Assembly (NCBI GenBank): GCA_963732945.1
Contig: CAVTBL010000017.1
Span: 187,298-251,297 of the forward strand
Direction: 5' to 3'
DNA from: an uncultured Chloroflexia bacterium
GTDB taxonomy: Bacteria > Chloroflexota > Dehalococcoidia > DSTF01 > WHTK01
DNA length: 64,000 nucleotides
Part shown: positions 1-9,004 of the stretch, piece after piece
Numbering within the stretch: position 1 is the stretch's first letter
How the letters are laid out: every line of letters starts with the position of its first letter
Notes under the pieces: model-generated
Told to the model about the DNA's origin: nothing
The model's input: the letters and a program-made list of their open reading frames with translations, nothing else
Databases searched by the model: none
Program-made: the position numbers and the translations under genes

Positions 1-205
1 CGATGATCGTCTCGCCGGGAAACGCGGCCTCGATGACCGCCTTGGCCTCGATCTGGGCTTCGATATCGGCGATCGTCACGAGGTCGCGGCGATTGCCGTC
101 TTTCGTCTTGTAGTCGATGCCGGCACGGCGATGCTTGAGGTGCACGGCACCCGCCGCCCGCACAGCTTCCTCGGCGACGCGTCGCCGCTTTTCCAGATCA
201 GACAC
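1..205 (-). CDS. Inositol monophosphatase family protein, N-terminal part (gene continues off the left edge)
   Basis: Minus-strand translation from GTG at 205 reads VSDLEKRRRVAEEAVRAAGAVHLKHRRAGIDYKTKDGNRRDLVTIADIEAQIEAKAVIEAAFPGETII, a typical IMPase/SuhB-like N-terminus including the TxAD motif region. Confidence 0.5.
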   Translation of the reverse strand, partial: MSDLEKRRRVAEEAVRAAGAVHLKHRRAGIDYKTKDGNRRDLVTIADIEAQIEAKAVIEAAFPGETII

Positions 206-423
206 AGCGCAATAGCCTCCTGTGGTCGGACTAGCCTGCATCTGTGAAATACACCGGCGGAACGCCGGATGCGTCACAATACAAGTCTACATGCCGCCGC
301 GGGCTCTACTGCGCCGATCGCCTCGTCTCTGTAACGTCCTGTTCATTTTCCGGTAACTCGACGGCAACTTCAGAGACGTAACCTGCGTACGCAGCGATCG
401 AGAGCGCCTGGGAAGGGAAAGGG

Positions 424-1869
424 ATGCTCTTCGCGGGTTACGACACCGGCACCTGGTTCGACGAGCTGTTCGACAGCGAGGGCAGACCGCGCGAAGAAGC
501 ACGCCTCCTGATCAAGGCGATCGAAGCGCTGCCGGACGGCGAGTTCGGGCGTCTGCAGGAGTCGGCCAACTCGGCCCTCGTCAACCTCGGCATCACGTTC
601 AACGTCTACAGCGACGGCGCGGGCATCGAGCGCGTACTGCCGTTCGACATCATGCCGCGCGTGGTGCAGGCCTCCGAGTGGGACCGCATCGAGGCCGGCC
701 TGCGACAGCGCATCTACGCCCTCAACCTGTTCCTCGATGACGTCTACCACGAGGGCCGCATCCTCAAGGACGGCGTCGTCCCCATCGAGCTCGTAATCGG
801 CGCACCGTCCTACCGCGAAGCCTGCCGCGGCCTCGACCCGCCGAAGGGCATCTGGTGCCACGTCACCGGCACCGACCTGGTGCGCGACGGCGACGGGCAG
901 TTCTACGTGCTCGAGGACAACCTGCGCTGCCCCTCCGGCGTCTCCTACGTGCTCGAGAACCGCCGCCTGATGAAGCGCACCTTCCCTGAGCTGTTCAGCT
1001 CGTCCACGGTGCGCGCCGTCGACGACTACCCCAGCCGTCTGCTGGACGTGCTGAACTACATCTCGCCCAACCAGGACGCGCCGCGCGCCGCCGTGCTGAC
1101 GCCGGGTATCTACAACTCGGCCTACTTCGAGCACTCCTACCTGTCGCAGCAGATGGGCATCGAGCTGGTCGAAGGCAGCGACCTCGTCACGGTAGGCGAC
1201 GTGGTACACATGCGCACGACCGCCGGCCTCGAGCCCGTCGACGTGCTCTACCGCCGTATCGACGACGACTTCATCGACCCCCAGGTCTTCCGCTCCGATT
1301 CGATGCTCGGTGTGCCGGGCCTCATGCGCGCCTATCAGGCCGGTCGCCTGGCGCTGGCCAATGCGCCCGGCACCGGCATCGCCGACGACAAGGTGATCTA
1401 CTCGTTCGTGCCGGAGATCATCCGCTACTACCTCGACGAGGACGCGATTATCCCCAACGTCCCAACCTACCTGTGCTGGCGCGAGAAGGACCTGAACCAC
1501 GTCGTCGAGAACATGGCTGAGCTGGTCGTGAAGCCGGCCAACGAGTCGGGCGGTTACGGGCTGCTCGTCGGACCGCAGGCCAGCACCGCCGAGCTCGACG
1601 AATTTCGAGACAGGGTGCGCGCCAACCCGCGCAACTACATCGCACAGCCCACGCTGGCGCTGTCGCGTGCACCCGTAATCGTCGACGACCACTTCGAAGG
1701 GCGACACGTAGACCTGCGCCCCTACATCCTCTACGGCCGCGACATCTACGTGCTGCCCGGAGGCCTCACGCGCGTCGCGCTCAAGAAGGGCTCGTTGGTC
1801 GTGAACTCGTCGCAGGGCGGCGGCAGCAAGGACACATGGGTGCTGTCGGACGGGACGCTGGAATGCTGA
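424..1869 (+). CDS. Circularly permuted ATP-grasp type 2 protein (COG2308-like amidoligase)
   Basis: 481-aa ORF with family-typical sequence (RVLPFDIMPRVV, FYVLEDNLRCPSGVSY, ANAPGTGIADDKVIY, VVKPANESGGYG). Overlaps the next gene by 7 nt. Confidence 0.85.
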   Translation: MLFAGYDTGTWFDELFDSEGRPREEARLLIKAIEALPDGEFGRLQESANSALVNLGITFNVYSDGAGIERVLPFDIMPRVVQASEWDRIEAGLRQRIYALNLFLDDVYHEGRILKDGVVPIELVIGAPSYREACRGLDPPKGIWCHVTGTDLVRDGDGQFYVLEDNLRCPSGVSYVLENRRLMKRTFPELFSSSTVRAVDDYPSRLLDVLNYISPNQDAPRAAVLTPGIYNSAYFEHSYLSQQMGIELVEGSDLVTVGDVVHMRTTAGLEPVDVLYRRIDDDFIDPQVFRSDSMLGVPGLMRAYQAGRLALANAPGTGIADDKVIYSFVPEIIRYYLDEDAIIPNVPTYLCWREKDLNHVVENMAELVVKPANESGGYGLLVGPQASTAELDEFRDRVRANPRNYIAQPTLALSRAPVIVDDHFEGRHVDLRPYILYGRDIYVLPGGLTRVALKKGSLVVNSSQGGGSKDTWVLSDGTLEC

Positions 1870-2900
1870 GCCGTGTCGCCAACGCGATCTACTGGGTCGG
1901 ACGCTACATCGAGCGCGCCGAAAACACCGCGCGCTTCATCGACGTCAACCTGCAGATGAGCCTCGACGCACCGATCTCGTTCTCGGAGCAGTGGCACCCG
2001 CTGATCGACATTACGGGTGACCGCGAAGGCTTCTTCTCGCGCTACGACGTGGCGACGCGTGAGCACGTTCTGCAGTTCCTGACCCTCGACACCGAAAACC
2101 CGAGCTCGATAGTCACCTGCGTCACGCGAGCGCGAGAGAACGCCCGCTCGATCCGTGAGGTAATCTCCTCCGAGGTCTGGGAGCAGGTCAACCGCTTCTA
2201 CCTGCTCGTCACCGCCCATGGCGCCGCTCGTCGTTCGCTGGTCGAGTCGAACGAGTTCTACTCCGAGGTCAAGCTACTCAGCCACCTCGTCGCCGGCGTG
2301 GCCGACAACACGATGTCGCACGGCGAGGCGTGGCACTTCCTCCGCCTCGGCCGCATGATCGAGCGCGCCGACAGCACATCGAGGCTGCTGGACGTGAAGT
2401 ACTTCCTGCTGCTGCCCTCGGCGGAACAGGTCGGCGGAGCCGTCGACGAGATGCAGTGGTCAACTGTGCTGCACTCTGCCTCGGCGCAGGAGATGTACCG
2501 CAAGCGTTTCGGCCAGACCTCGCCCGACAACGTGGTCGACTTCTTGCTGCTCGACAACGAGTTCCCGCGCTCGATCCTCTACTGCCTGCTCTGCGCCGAG
2601 GAGTCGCTACGCGCGATCTCGAAGTCGCCGGCGGGCACCTACCGAAATCGCGCCGAGCAGTGGCTGGGGCTGCTTACGGCAGAATTGGCGTACGCCAACG
2701 TCTATGACATCATCGCGAACGGTTTGCACCAGTTCCTGGACTCGTTTCAGAGCCAGCTGAACAAAGTCGGCTACGCTATCCGAGAGACGTTTTTCGAGAT
2801 TCAACCCATAGGCAGCGTGCGCAACGACGCAGGAGGAAGCGGAAGACGTGACGTTTTGTCTGGCAATCAAGGTATGCGAAGGGCTGGTGGCTATCGCTGA
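1863..2900 (+). CDS. Alpha-E domain protein (COG2307-like)
   Basis: Start taken at the internal ATG giving MLSRVANAIYWVGRYIERAENTARFIDVNL, the canonical alpha-E N-terminus. Translationally coupled to the ATP-grasp gene. Confidence 0.8.
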   Translation: MLSRVANAIYWVGRYIERAENTARFIDVNLQMSLDAPISFSEQWHPLIDITGDREGFFSRYDVATREHVLQFLTLDTENPSSIVTCVTRARENARSIREVISSEVWEQVNRFYLLVTAHGAARRSLVESNEFYSEVKLLSHLVAGVADNTMSHGEAWHFLRLGRMIERADSTSRLLDVKYFLLLPSAEQVGGAVDEMQWSTVLHSASAQEMYRKRFGQTSPDNVVDFLLLDNEFPRSILYCLLCAEESLRAISKSPAGTYRNRAEQWLGLLTAELAYANVYDIIANGLHQFLDSFQSQLNKVGYAIRETFFEIQPIGSVRNDAGGSGRRDVLSGNQGMRRAGGYR

Positions 2901-3627
2901 TACGCGGGTGATAACCGGCAGCGAGAACATCACGGCCCGTAAGGTCGCCGTCTTCCGGCAGGCAACGGGCAGCTTCTTCCTCATGACGTCCGGATTGCGC
3001 TCCGTACGCGACAAGGCCATGACCTACTTCGAAGAGGCGATGGAGGTGCAGGAAGAGCCCTTCGACCGCCTGTTCAAGGTTGCCAACGCCTTCGCCACCC
3101 AGATCCGGCGCGTCATGAAGGAAGACAAGGAAGCCCTGGACGATAGCGGGCTGCACTTCAACATCCACTGCCTGGTCGGCGGACAGATGTCGGGCGACAC
3201 CGAGCCGAAGCTCTACCTGCTCTACCCACAGGCCAACTGGGTCGAGATAGGTCAGGGCACTCCGTATCACATCATCGGCTCGGCCGGCTACGGCAAGCCC
3301 GTGCTCGACCGCACGCTGCAGTACAGCGACTCGATGCCGTTCGCGCTCAAGGTCGGCTGCCTCGCCTTCGACTCGACACGCATCAGCGCCGCGGACGTCG
3401 ACTTCCCGATCGACGTCGTGCTGTTCTTCCGCGACACCCGCGATATCATCGAGCACCGATTCGAGAAGCAGGACCTGGTCGAGATTTCGGAGGGCTGGCA
3501 GGAGCGCCTGCGCGCCTCCGTGGCCAACCTGCCCTCGGCCTGGCTCGATCGCTTCTTCTCGGAGGTCGACCTCGAGCACGGCAAGCGCCAGGAGCTAAGC
3601 GACTTATCCAGCGGCCGGAGGTCCTGA
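2848..3627 (+). CDS. Anbu-type proteasome-like Ntn peptidase (COG3484)
   Basis: N-terminus M-TFCLAIKV, with Thr directly after the initiator, Asp at mature position 17 and Lys near 31-33. AGGAGGAAG Shine-Dalgarno sequence upstream of the GTG. Operon position between alpha-E and transglutaminase. Confidence 0.8.
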   Translation: MTFCLAIKVCEGLVAIADTRVITGSENITARKVAVFRQATGSFFLMTSGLRSVRDKAMTYFEEAMEVQEEPFDRLFKVANAFATQIRRVMKEDKEALDDSGLHFNIHCLVGGQMSGDTEPKLYLLYPQANWVEIGQGTPYHIIGSAGYGKPVLDRTLQYSDSMPFALKVGCLAFDSTRISAADVDFPIDVVLFFRDTRDIIEHRFEKQDLVEISEGWQERLRASVANLPSAWLDRFFSEVDLEHGKRQELSDLSSGRRS

Positions 3628-3631
3628 GGGC

Positions 3632-4480
3632 GTGTTCTTCGAGATCCGCCACGAGACCAACTACTACTACAGCGCGCCGGTACAGCTCGGGCGGCAACTG
3701 CTACGCTTTCGGCCGCTAAGCAACGCCAATCAGCACCTGCACCGATTCGATGTACAAGTCCACCCGGAGCCGGCCGGCCGCAGCGAGATCGCGGACCTCG
3801 ATAGCAACACGTCGCTCGTCGTCTGGTTCGATGGCACCGAGACACGGCGCCTGCAGGTCGAAGTCTCCTCGACCGTCGAGACGCTCCGCGCCAACCCCTT
3901 CGACTACATCTGGCAGGGCGAGCACACGCTGCCCATGACCTACCCTCCGGCCTTCCGTGACGCGCTCGAGCCGTTCATGGCAGCGCTCGTAGGGGCGCCG
4001 GTGCGGGACCTCTCGGACGAGGCAGCGCGCCGAGCCGACGGTGACGCGCAGGAGTTTCTGCCTATGCTCGCGCGCACGGTGCACGAGCGACTGGAGCGCA
4101 TCGTGCGCCTCGAGGGCGACCCGCACCCGCCGGAAGAAACGCTACGTCGCAGCGAGGGCTCCTGCCGCGATCTGGCGGTGCTGTTCCTTGCCGCGGCGCG
4201 AATCCAGGGCTTCGCGGGGCGCTTCGTCAGCGGCTACCACTGCGAACCCTCCGGCGACGGCTCGCACGACCTGCACGCCTGGGCCGAAATCTACCTGCCG
4301 GGCGGCGGCTGGCGCGGCTTCGACCCGACGACCGGCTTCGCGGTCTCGAACCGGCACATCGCCATCGCGGTCGGTGCGCGTCCGGAGCAGGCAGCGCCGG
4401 TCAGCGGCACCTACGCCGGACTGGCCACCAGCCGCCTCGAGACGCTGGTCACGATTACGCCGCTCAAGGCCTTCGCGTAG
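3632..4480 (+). CDS. Transglutaminase-like cysteine protease family protein with N-terminal Bact_transglu_N-like region
   Basis: Cys-His-Asp core visible as GSCRDLAVLF, HAWAEIYLPGGGW and GFDPT. N-terminus MFFEIRHETNYYY is typical of COG1305 proteins. Confidence 0.85.
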   Translation: MFFEIRHETNYYYSAPVQLGRQLLRFRPLSNANQHLHRFDVQVHPEPAGRSEIADLDSNTSLVVWFDGTETRRLQVEVSSTVETLRANPFDYIWQGEHTLPMTYPPAFRDALEPFMAALVGAPVRDLSDEAARRADGDAQEFLPMLARTVHERLERIVRLEGDPHPPEETLRRSEGSCRDLAVLFLAAARIQGFAGRFVSGYHCEPSGDGSHDLHAWAEIYLPGGGWRGFDPTTGFAVSNRHIAIAVGARPEQAAPVSGTYAGLATSRLETLVTITPLKAFA

Positions 4481-4702
4481 CGACACACGCTCGCAACCGG
4501 ACCTCGGCAAATCGCAATGAAACTTGTGCGCTAAAGGCCACACGACAATGATTGCCGCTGCTACATTGCATTTGGGAACACGAATTCCAATTGCTCCAGC
4601 AATGCACCACGTAGTGGCCGCCGCCTGACGGTTTGTAAATCGAGACTGATTAGACTCCGCTGCAATGAGGCCTCTTGCAGTCGCCGGGATAGGACCCAAA
4701 TT

Positions 4703-6235
4703 GTGAGAGATGGGCGTACCAGTCCAACCAGGACCGCATTATCCTCGGAGCAGTTTCGCCTCCTCGTCGAAAGCGTCCGCGATTACGCAATATTCATGCT
4801 CGATCCGGAAGGCTACGTTGTTACGTGGAACAGTGGCGCCGAGCGGATAAAAGGCTACAAAGCCTCGGAAATCATCGGCAAGCACTTCTCCATCTTCTAC
4901 CCGGAGTCGGACCGCAAATCCGGCAAGCCCCAGCGTCTCCTCGACGAGGCCCTGCGTGAAGGTCGCGTCGAGGACGAAGGCTGGCGCGTGCGCAAAAACA
5001 GCACGCGATTCCTCGCCGACGTTGTCATTACCGTGCTGCGCGGTTCCGAGGGCGAGATCAAAGGCTACGCCAAGGTCACGCGCGACATTACCGAGCGCAA
5101 GCTCGCGGAGGAGGCACTGCATCAGAGCGAGGAGCGCTTCAAGCTGCTGGTCGAGAGCGTCGCCGACTACGCGATCCTCATGCTCTCCCCGACCGGCCTG
5201 ATCATCAGCTGGAACGCCGGCGCCGAGCGGATCACAGGCTACACGGCCGAGGAAATCCTCGGTCGCCACTTCTCGATCTTCTACCCGCGGGAGGACGTCG
5301 AGAGCGGCAAGCCGAACCTCGAGCTCGAGATCGCCATCGCACAGGGACGTTACGAGGAGGAAGGCTGGCGCCTTCGCAAGGACGGCCGACGTTTCTGGTC
5401 CAGCGTGGTGATCACGCCGATGCGCGACAAGCACGGTGCGCTGCTCGGGTTCGCCAAGGTGACTCGCGACATGACCGAGCGGCGTCATGCCCGCGAAGAG
5501 TTACTGACCTCCCACCAGCAGATGCTAGAGCTCAGCCAGGCCAACGCCGCGAAGGACGAGTTTCTTGGCTTCGTTGCGCACGAGCTGCGAACGCCGCTGT
5601 CGGTGCTCTATGGCAGCGCCCTGTTCCTGCGCAAGCACTATGAAACCATGGCTGATGAAGATCGCAGCGAACTGATCAACACCGTGGCGGACGAGTGTGA
5701 CCAGATGCGCCACCTTGTTGAGAATTTGCTCGCGCTCGCGATGCCTCAGTCCATTGAGGCGCTGAGTCTTGTCGAGGGCGACCTCAATGACGCGGTAATT
5801 CAGGCAATCACCAATTTCAGCGGTAGAACTGCCCGGCGTAAGGTGCATCTGGAAACGCCCGATGACGCTCTCGTCGTCCGGCTGGAAAGCACCTACTTCG
5901 ACCGCATTATGCAGAACCTTCTCGAAAACGCCGACAAATACAGCGCCCCACACGAGGCCATCGACATCGTCGTCAAAGCGGCGAGCCATCAGGCGATCAT
6001 CGAGGTCAACGACCGTGGACCAGGCGTCGACCCGGCCGAGCTCAGCCTGATCTTCGACAGCTTCTACCGGTCGCCGCGCACCGCAACCGGAACCTCCGGC
6101 AAAGGCCTTGGCCTCTCCGTGTGTAAGCGCCTCGTGGACGTGATGGGCGGCACGATCGAGGCCCGCACACGAATGGGAGGCGGACTCACGATTCGTATAA
6201 CGCTGCCACAGGGACCTGGCGCGGTGTCGCAGTGA
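4703..6235 (+). CDS. Sensor histidine kinase with two PAS domains (PAS-PAS-HisKA-HATPase_c)
   Basis: Two repeated PAS blocks (VESVRDYAIFMLDPEGYVVTWNSGAERIKGY and VESVADYAILMLSPTGLIISWNAGAERITGY), H-box FVAHELRTPL, and N/G boxes (NLLENADKYS, DRGPGV, GKGLGLSV). Confidence 0.85.
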   Translation: MRDGRTSPTRTALSSEQFRLLVESVRDYAIFMLDPEGYVVTWNSGAERIKGYKASEIIGKHFSIFYPESDRKSGKPQRLLDEALREGRVEDEGWRVRKNSTRFLADVVITVLRGSEGEIKGYAKVTRDITERKLAEEALHQSEERFKLLVESVADYAILMLSPTGLIISWNAGAERITGYTAEEILGRHFSIFYPREDVESGKPNLELEIAIAQGRYEEEGWRLRKDGRRFWSSVVITPMRDKHGALLGFAKVTRDMTERRHAREELLTSHQQMLELSQANAAKDEFLGFVAHELRTPLSVLYGSALFLRKHYETMADEDRSELINTVADECDQMRHLVENLLALAMPQSIEALSLVEGDLNDAVIQAITNFSGRTARRKVHLETPDDALVVRLESTYFDRIMQNLLENADKYSAPHEAIDIVVKAASHQAIIEVNDRGPGVDPAELSLIFDSFYRSPRTATGTSGKGLGLSVCKRLVDVMGGTIEARTRMGGGLTIRITLPQGPGAVSQ

Positions 6236-6594
6236 CCGACAGGCGCAACATCCTGGTCATAGACGACGATCCCGGGCTACTGCGCCTGCTCTCGATCGTC
6301 TTTCGCTCCGAGGGATTCAGCGTGGATGCATTCGACGATGCGCGCTCGGCGCTCGAATGGCTCGGCACCGCACGGCCGCCGGACGCCATCGTGCTCGACC
6401 TGCGCATGCCGACCATGGACGGCCCCACCTTTTATCGCGAGATGCGTAATCGCGGCATCGCTGCTCCGGTTGTAATCGCGTCGGCCTTCGGGGCCAAGGA
6501 GGCGCAGGACCAGCTCGGTGCCGAGGCTTCGATCGGCAAGCCGTTCCGCCCCGACGACCTGATCGAGGTCGTGCGCGGCGTCTTCAACGAATAA
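6232..6594 (+). CDS. Single-domain response regulator (receiver)
   Basis: ILVIDDDPGLLRL ... VLDLRMPTMDG ... GKPF receiver motifs. 4-nt overlap (GTGA) with the kinase gene. Confidence 0.85.
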   Translation: MTDRRNILVIDDDPGLLRLLSIVFRSEGFSVDAFDDARSALEWLGTARPPDAIVLDLRMPTMDGPTFYREMRNRGIAAPVVIASAFGAKEAQDQLGAEASIGKPFRPDDLIEVVRGVFNE

Positions 6595-6646
6595 GAGACC
6601 CCTCGAGATTCGAGGGGTCCCCGAGTTCATCTAACAACGGTACGGC

Positions 6647-7564
6647 CTAACGAGGCCCGACGAAGCTGTAGTCCGTGTACTGCCAGCCTGAAGCGAAGCG
6701 CGTCCACAGCCGCACGTAAATCGTCCGGCTACCGTGCGGGATAGTGCTCACCGTTCGGCTCAGGGACGTGCCCTGGGAGGCGCCGTAGAGGTTGTTGGCC
6801 CCGTAGCTGGTGCCGACGTAGAGGAAGTACTCCTGCGCGCCACTGCCGGCCGTCCAGCGAAACGTCACGCTCGTGCTGCTCAGGCGCGAGCCCGGCGTGG
6901 GGCTCGTGAGCTGCGCCTTCGCCGTCGTCACGGGCGGCGGAGGTGGCGGTGTCGGCGTGGGCGTTGGCGTCGTGCCGCCGGAGCCGCCCGAACCGCCAGA
7001 GCCGCCCGAACCTCCGAGCAGGTTGGTGCCATCGTTCGTCGTCGAGAAGTCGGTCACCCAGTACCAGGAGTAGGTCGAGCTGGCGTTGTAGTAGCGCGCG
7101 ATGCCGATCTGCTTGTAGCCCGAGTAGAGCATGTTCTGGTTGTGCCCGGCCGAGGCCTTCCACATGTCGAAGGCTTCCTGCGCCGTGTCCTTCACCGTGC
7201 CGGCCGCGATGTTCTCGCCGACACTGGAGGAGCCGCCGCAGGCCACCGAGCGCGTGCTCGGCGATCGTCCCAGCGAGTCGGTGTGCGAGAAGTAGTTCTT
7301 CGTCGCCAGATCGACGGCCATCCATGACGCCGAGCGGTTGAGATTAACCGAGACTGTGAGCGCGCCGAGGCCGTTCTGAGCGCGGTAGCTATTGATCAGC
7401 GTCAGGAACTGCTGCTCCTGCGCGTCGAAGCTGAGGTCGCTGACGGTGCAGTTGCTCAGGGCAAGCGCCGGTCCGGCGCCCGCCGAGAGCTGCAGCGCGC
7501 CGATCATGGCGACGGCCACAAGCGCTGCGAGGACGCCGCGGGGGAGGCGGAAGAGTGCGGTCAT
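6647..7564 (-). CDS. Secreted CAP/SCP (PR-1-like) domain protein with Gly-Ser and Pro-Thr linkers and an extra C-terminal domain
   Basis: Signal-like N-terminus, CAP motifs (GENIAAG, AQEAFDMWKASAGHNQNML, IGIARY), (GGS)n plus TPTPTPTPPPPPP linker, then a domain of about 95 aa (FRWTAGSGAQEYFLYVGTS...VRLWT). Confidence 0.8.
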   Translation of the reverse strand: MTALFRLPRGVLAALVAVAMIGALQLSAGAGPALALSNCTVSDLSFDAQEQQFLTLINSYRAQNGLGALTVSVNLNRSASWMAVDLATKNYFSHTDSLGRSPSTRSVACGGSSSVGENIAAGTVKDTAQEAFDMWKASAGHNQNMLYSGYKQIGIARYYNASSTYSWYWVTDFSTTNDGTNLLGGSGGSGGSGGSGGTTPTPTPTPPPPPPVTTAKAQLTSPTPGSRLSSTSVTFRWTAGSGAQEYFLYVGTSYGANNLYGASQGTSLSRTVSTIPHGSRTIYVRLWTRFASGWQYTDYSFVGPR

Positions 7565-7718
7565 GGGCGAATGGATACCTCTCGTTTCCTGGTGTCATTC
7601 CACCAATCGGCAGAAATCCGATTCATATGAACATGCCGTTTGGGTTCCAGGCATAAAGGGGGCATTGCGGCGCTATAACAACCGCTGTTGTGTCGAGTCA
7701 AGGGTGAAAGCTGAGAAA

Positions 7719-7757
7719 CGAGAAGAGGCCGGTCTTATGAGACCGGCCTCTTCTCGG
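7719..7757 (-). terminator. Intrinsic terminator downstream of the hydroxylase gene
   Basis: Perfect 15-bp stem agaagaggccggtct / agaccggcctcttct with a 4-nt loop, followed on the minus strand by tcgtttctc. Confidence 0.6.
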
Positions 7758-7784
7758 CAGGCGCGTCCGCCGGGCGGAGGCGAA

Positions 7785-8618
7785 CTACGCCGTCTCGGTT
7801 GTCGCCAGCCGGGGAGAAGGCGACCGGAAAGGATAGACAAGCTGGGGCAGAAAGCCCGCCGGCACCGGCTGGTCGGCGACGCCGAAGATTAGCGGCTGGC
7901 GGCCCTTCGGAAAATACAGCGTCCCGAACAGCGCATCGACGAACGGGAACAGCCCGGAGAAGTTCTTGTTGATCGCCTCGCGCTCTGCCGAGTGGTGCCA
8001 GCGGTGGTAAGCCGGGCTGGCGATGACGTAGCGCAGCGGTCCGTATTCCCAACCGACGTTGGCGTGAATCACGATGGCGTACAGGGTCAGGAACGGCAGG
8101 TAGGCGCCGAGCGTCGCGGGGCTGAAGCCGAGCAGCAACAGCGGCGTCGCCACGAAGGCGTTGCCGAGCGCGTCGTTCACGGGGTGCACGCGCACCGATG
8201 AGAGCCAGTCGACCTCGGTCGAGGAGTGGTGCACGGCGTGGATGCGCCAGAGCTGCGAGAACGTGTGGAAGGCGCGATGCTGCCAGTACGCCAGCAGGTC
8301 GGCCAGCAGCAGGAACTCGACCAGCTGCAGCGCCAGCGGCTGACGCCCGATGGCGGTGTCGCGCTCGGCGAGGCCGCGCAGATGCTCCACCGTGATGCCG
8401 ATACCGAAGATCGCGGCCAGCGACAGGATCGAGACGGCGACGACGATGCCGGTAAAGATCTTGCCGATCGTCGGCGTGAACATCCACCACGCGACGTCGG
8501 TGAACACGCCCTTGCGCAGACGGCGCTGACCGCGCACCGAGGGCCACAGCCGCTCGACGACCCCGAAAGCGAGGCTTAGCACGCCCAGCGCGATGATCAG
8601 CACAACGATGCGTCCCAT
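7785..8618 (-). CDS. Fatty acid hydroxylase / sterol desaturase family membrane protein
   Basis: Histidine boxes HRAFH, HAVHH and HRWHH in a polytopic membrane protein. Confidence 0.8.
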   Translation of the reverse strand: MGRIVVLIIALGVLSLAFGVVERLWPSVRGQRRLRKGVFTDVAWWMFTPTIGKIFTGIVVAVSILSLAAIFGIGITVEHLRGLAERDTAIGRQPLALQLVEFLLLADLLAYWQHRAFHTFSQLWRIHAVHHSSTEVDWLSSVRVHPVNDALGNAFVATPLLLLGFSPATLGAYLPFLTLYAIVIHANVGWEYGPLRYVIASPAYHRWHHSAEREAINKNFSGLFPFVDALFGTLYFPKGRQPLIFGVADQPVPAGFLPQLVYPFRSPSPRLATTETA

Positions 8619-8705
8619 GACCGTGATGCTAAGCGCCGTCCCCGAACGAAGGCATCAAGAAACAATTAAAAGACTGTTCAAATCGCGCGGCACATTCTGA
8701 CGACG

Positions 8706-8993
8706 TCAGTCGAGGATTTCGGTCTCTTGCTCGATGATCTCGACGTCGAGACGCAGCTCGGCGACGTAGTCGGCCGCCTTCGTGACGATCTCTTCGGCGT
8801 GCGAGGCGCTGTTCGACACGGCCGCGATCTGCAGCCCGGCGAGCTGCCACAGCTCGTTGTGCTCCACCTCGGCAACGCTCACGTTGAACCGGTTACGCAG
8901 TCGCTGCTGAATCGACTTGATCACCTGTCGCTTACCTTTGAGCGAGCCGTTTTCGGGCAGACGCAGCGTCAGCCGGCACAAGGCGACGCTCAT
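8706..8993 (-). CDS. DUF503 family protein
   Basis: 95 aa, MSVALCRLTLRLPENGSLKGKRQVIKSI..., characteristic DUF503 (YlxP-like) layout. Confidence 0.75.
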   Translation of the reverse strand: MSVALCRLTLRLPENGSLKGKRQVIKSIQQRLRNRFNVSVAEVEHNELWQLAGLQIAAVSNSASHAEEIVTKAADYVAELRLDVEIIEQETEILD

Positions 8994-9004
8994 GGGACGG
9001 GCCG

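Noticed and set aside
370-1707. 445-aa minus-strand ORF antisense to the ATP-grasp gene
   Set aside because: It has a Val/Arg/Asp/Gly-rich low-information composition typical of antisense frames in GC-rich DNA, and it overlaps a well-supported gene completely. The same reasoning rejects the following ORFs:
- 4739-5488 (-)
- 10968-12056 (+)
- 13640-14530 (+)
- 15525-16913 (+)
- 20003-21481 (+)
- 29930-31015 (-)
- 39490-40230 (-)
- 39857-40840 (+)
- 39864-40790 (+)
- 43435-44364 (+)
- 47658-48596 (+)
- 48624-49403 (+)
- 49832-50791 (-)
- 52772-54127 (+)
- 54164-55786 (+)
- 54303-55451 (-)
- 59256-60500 (+)
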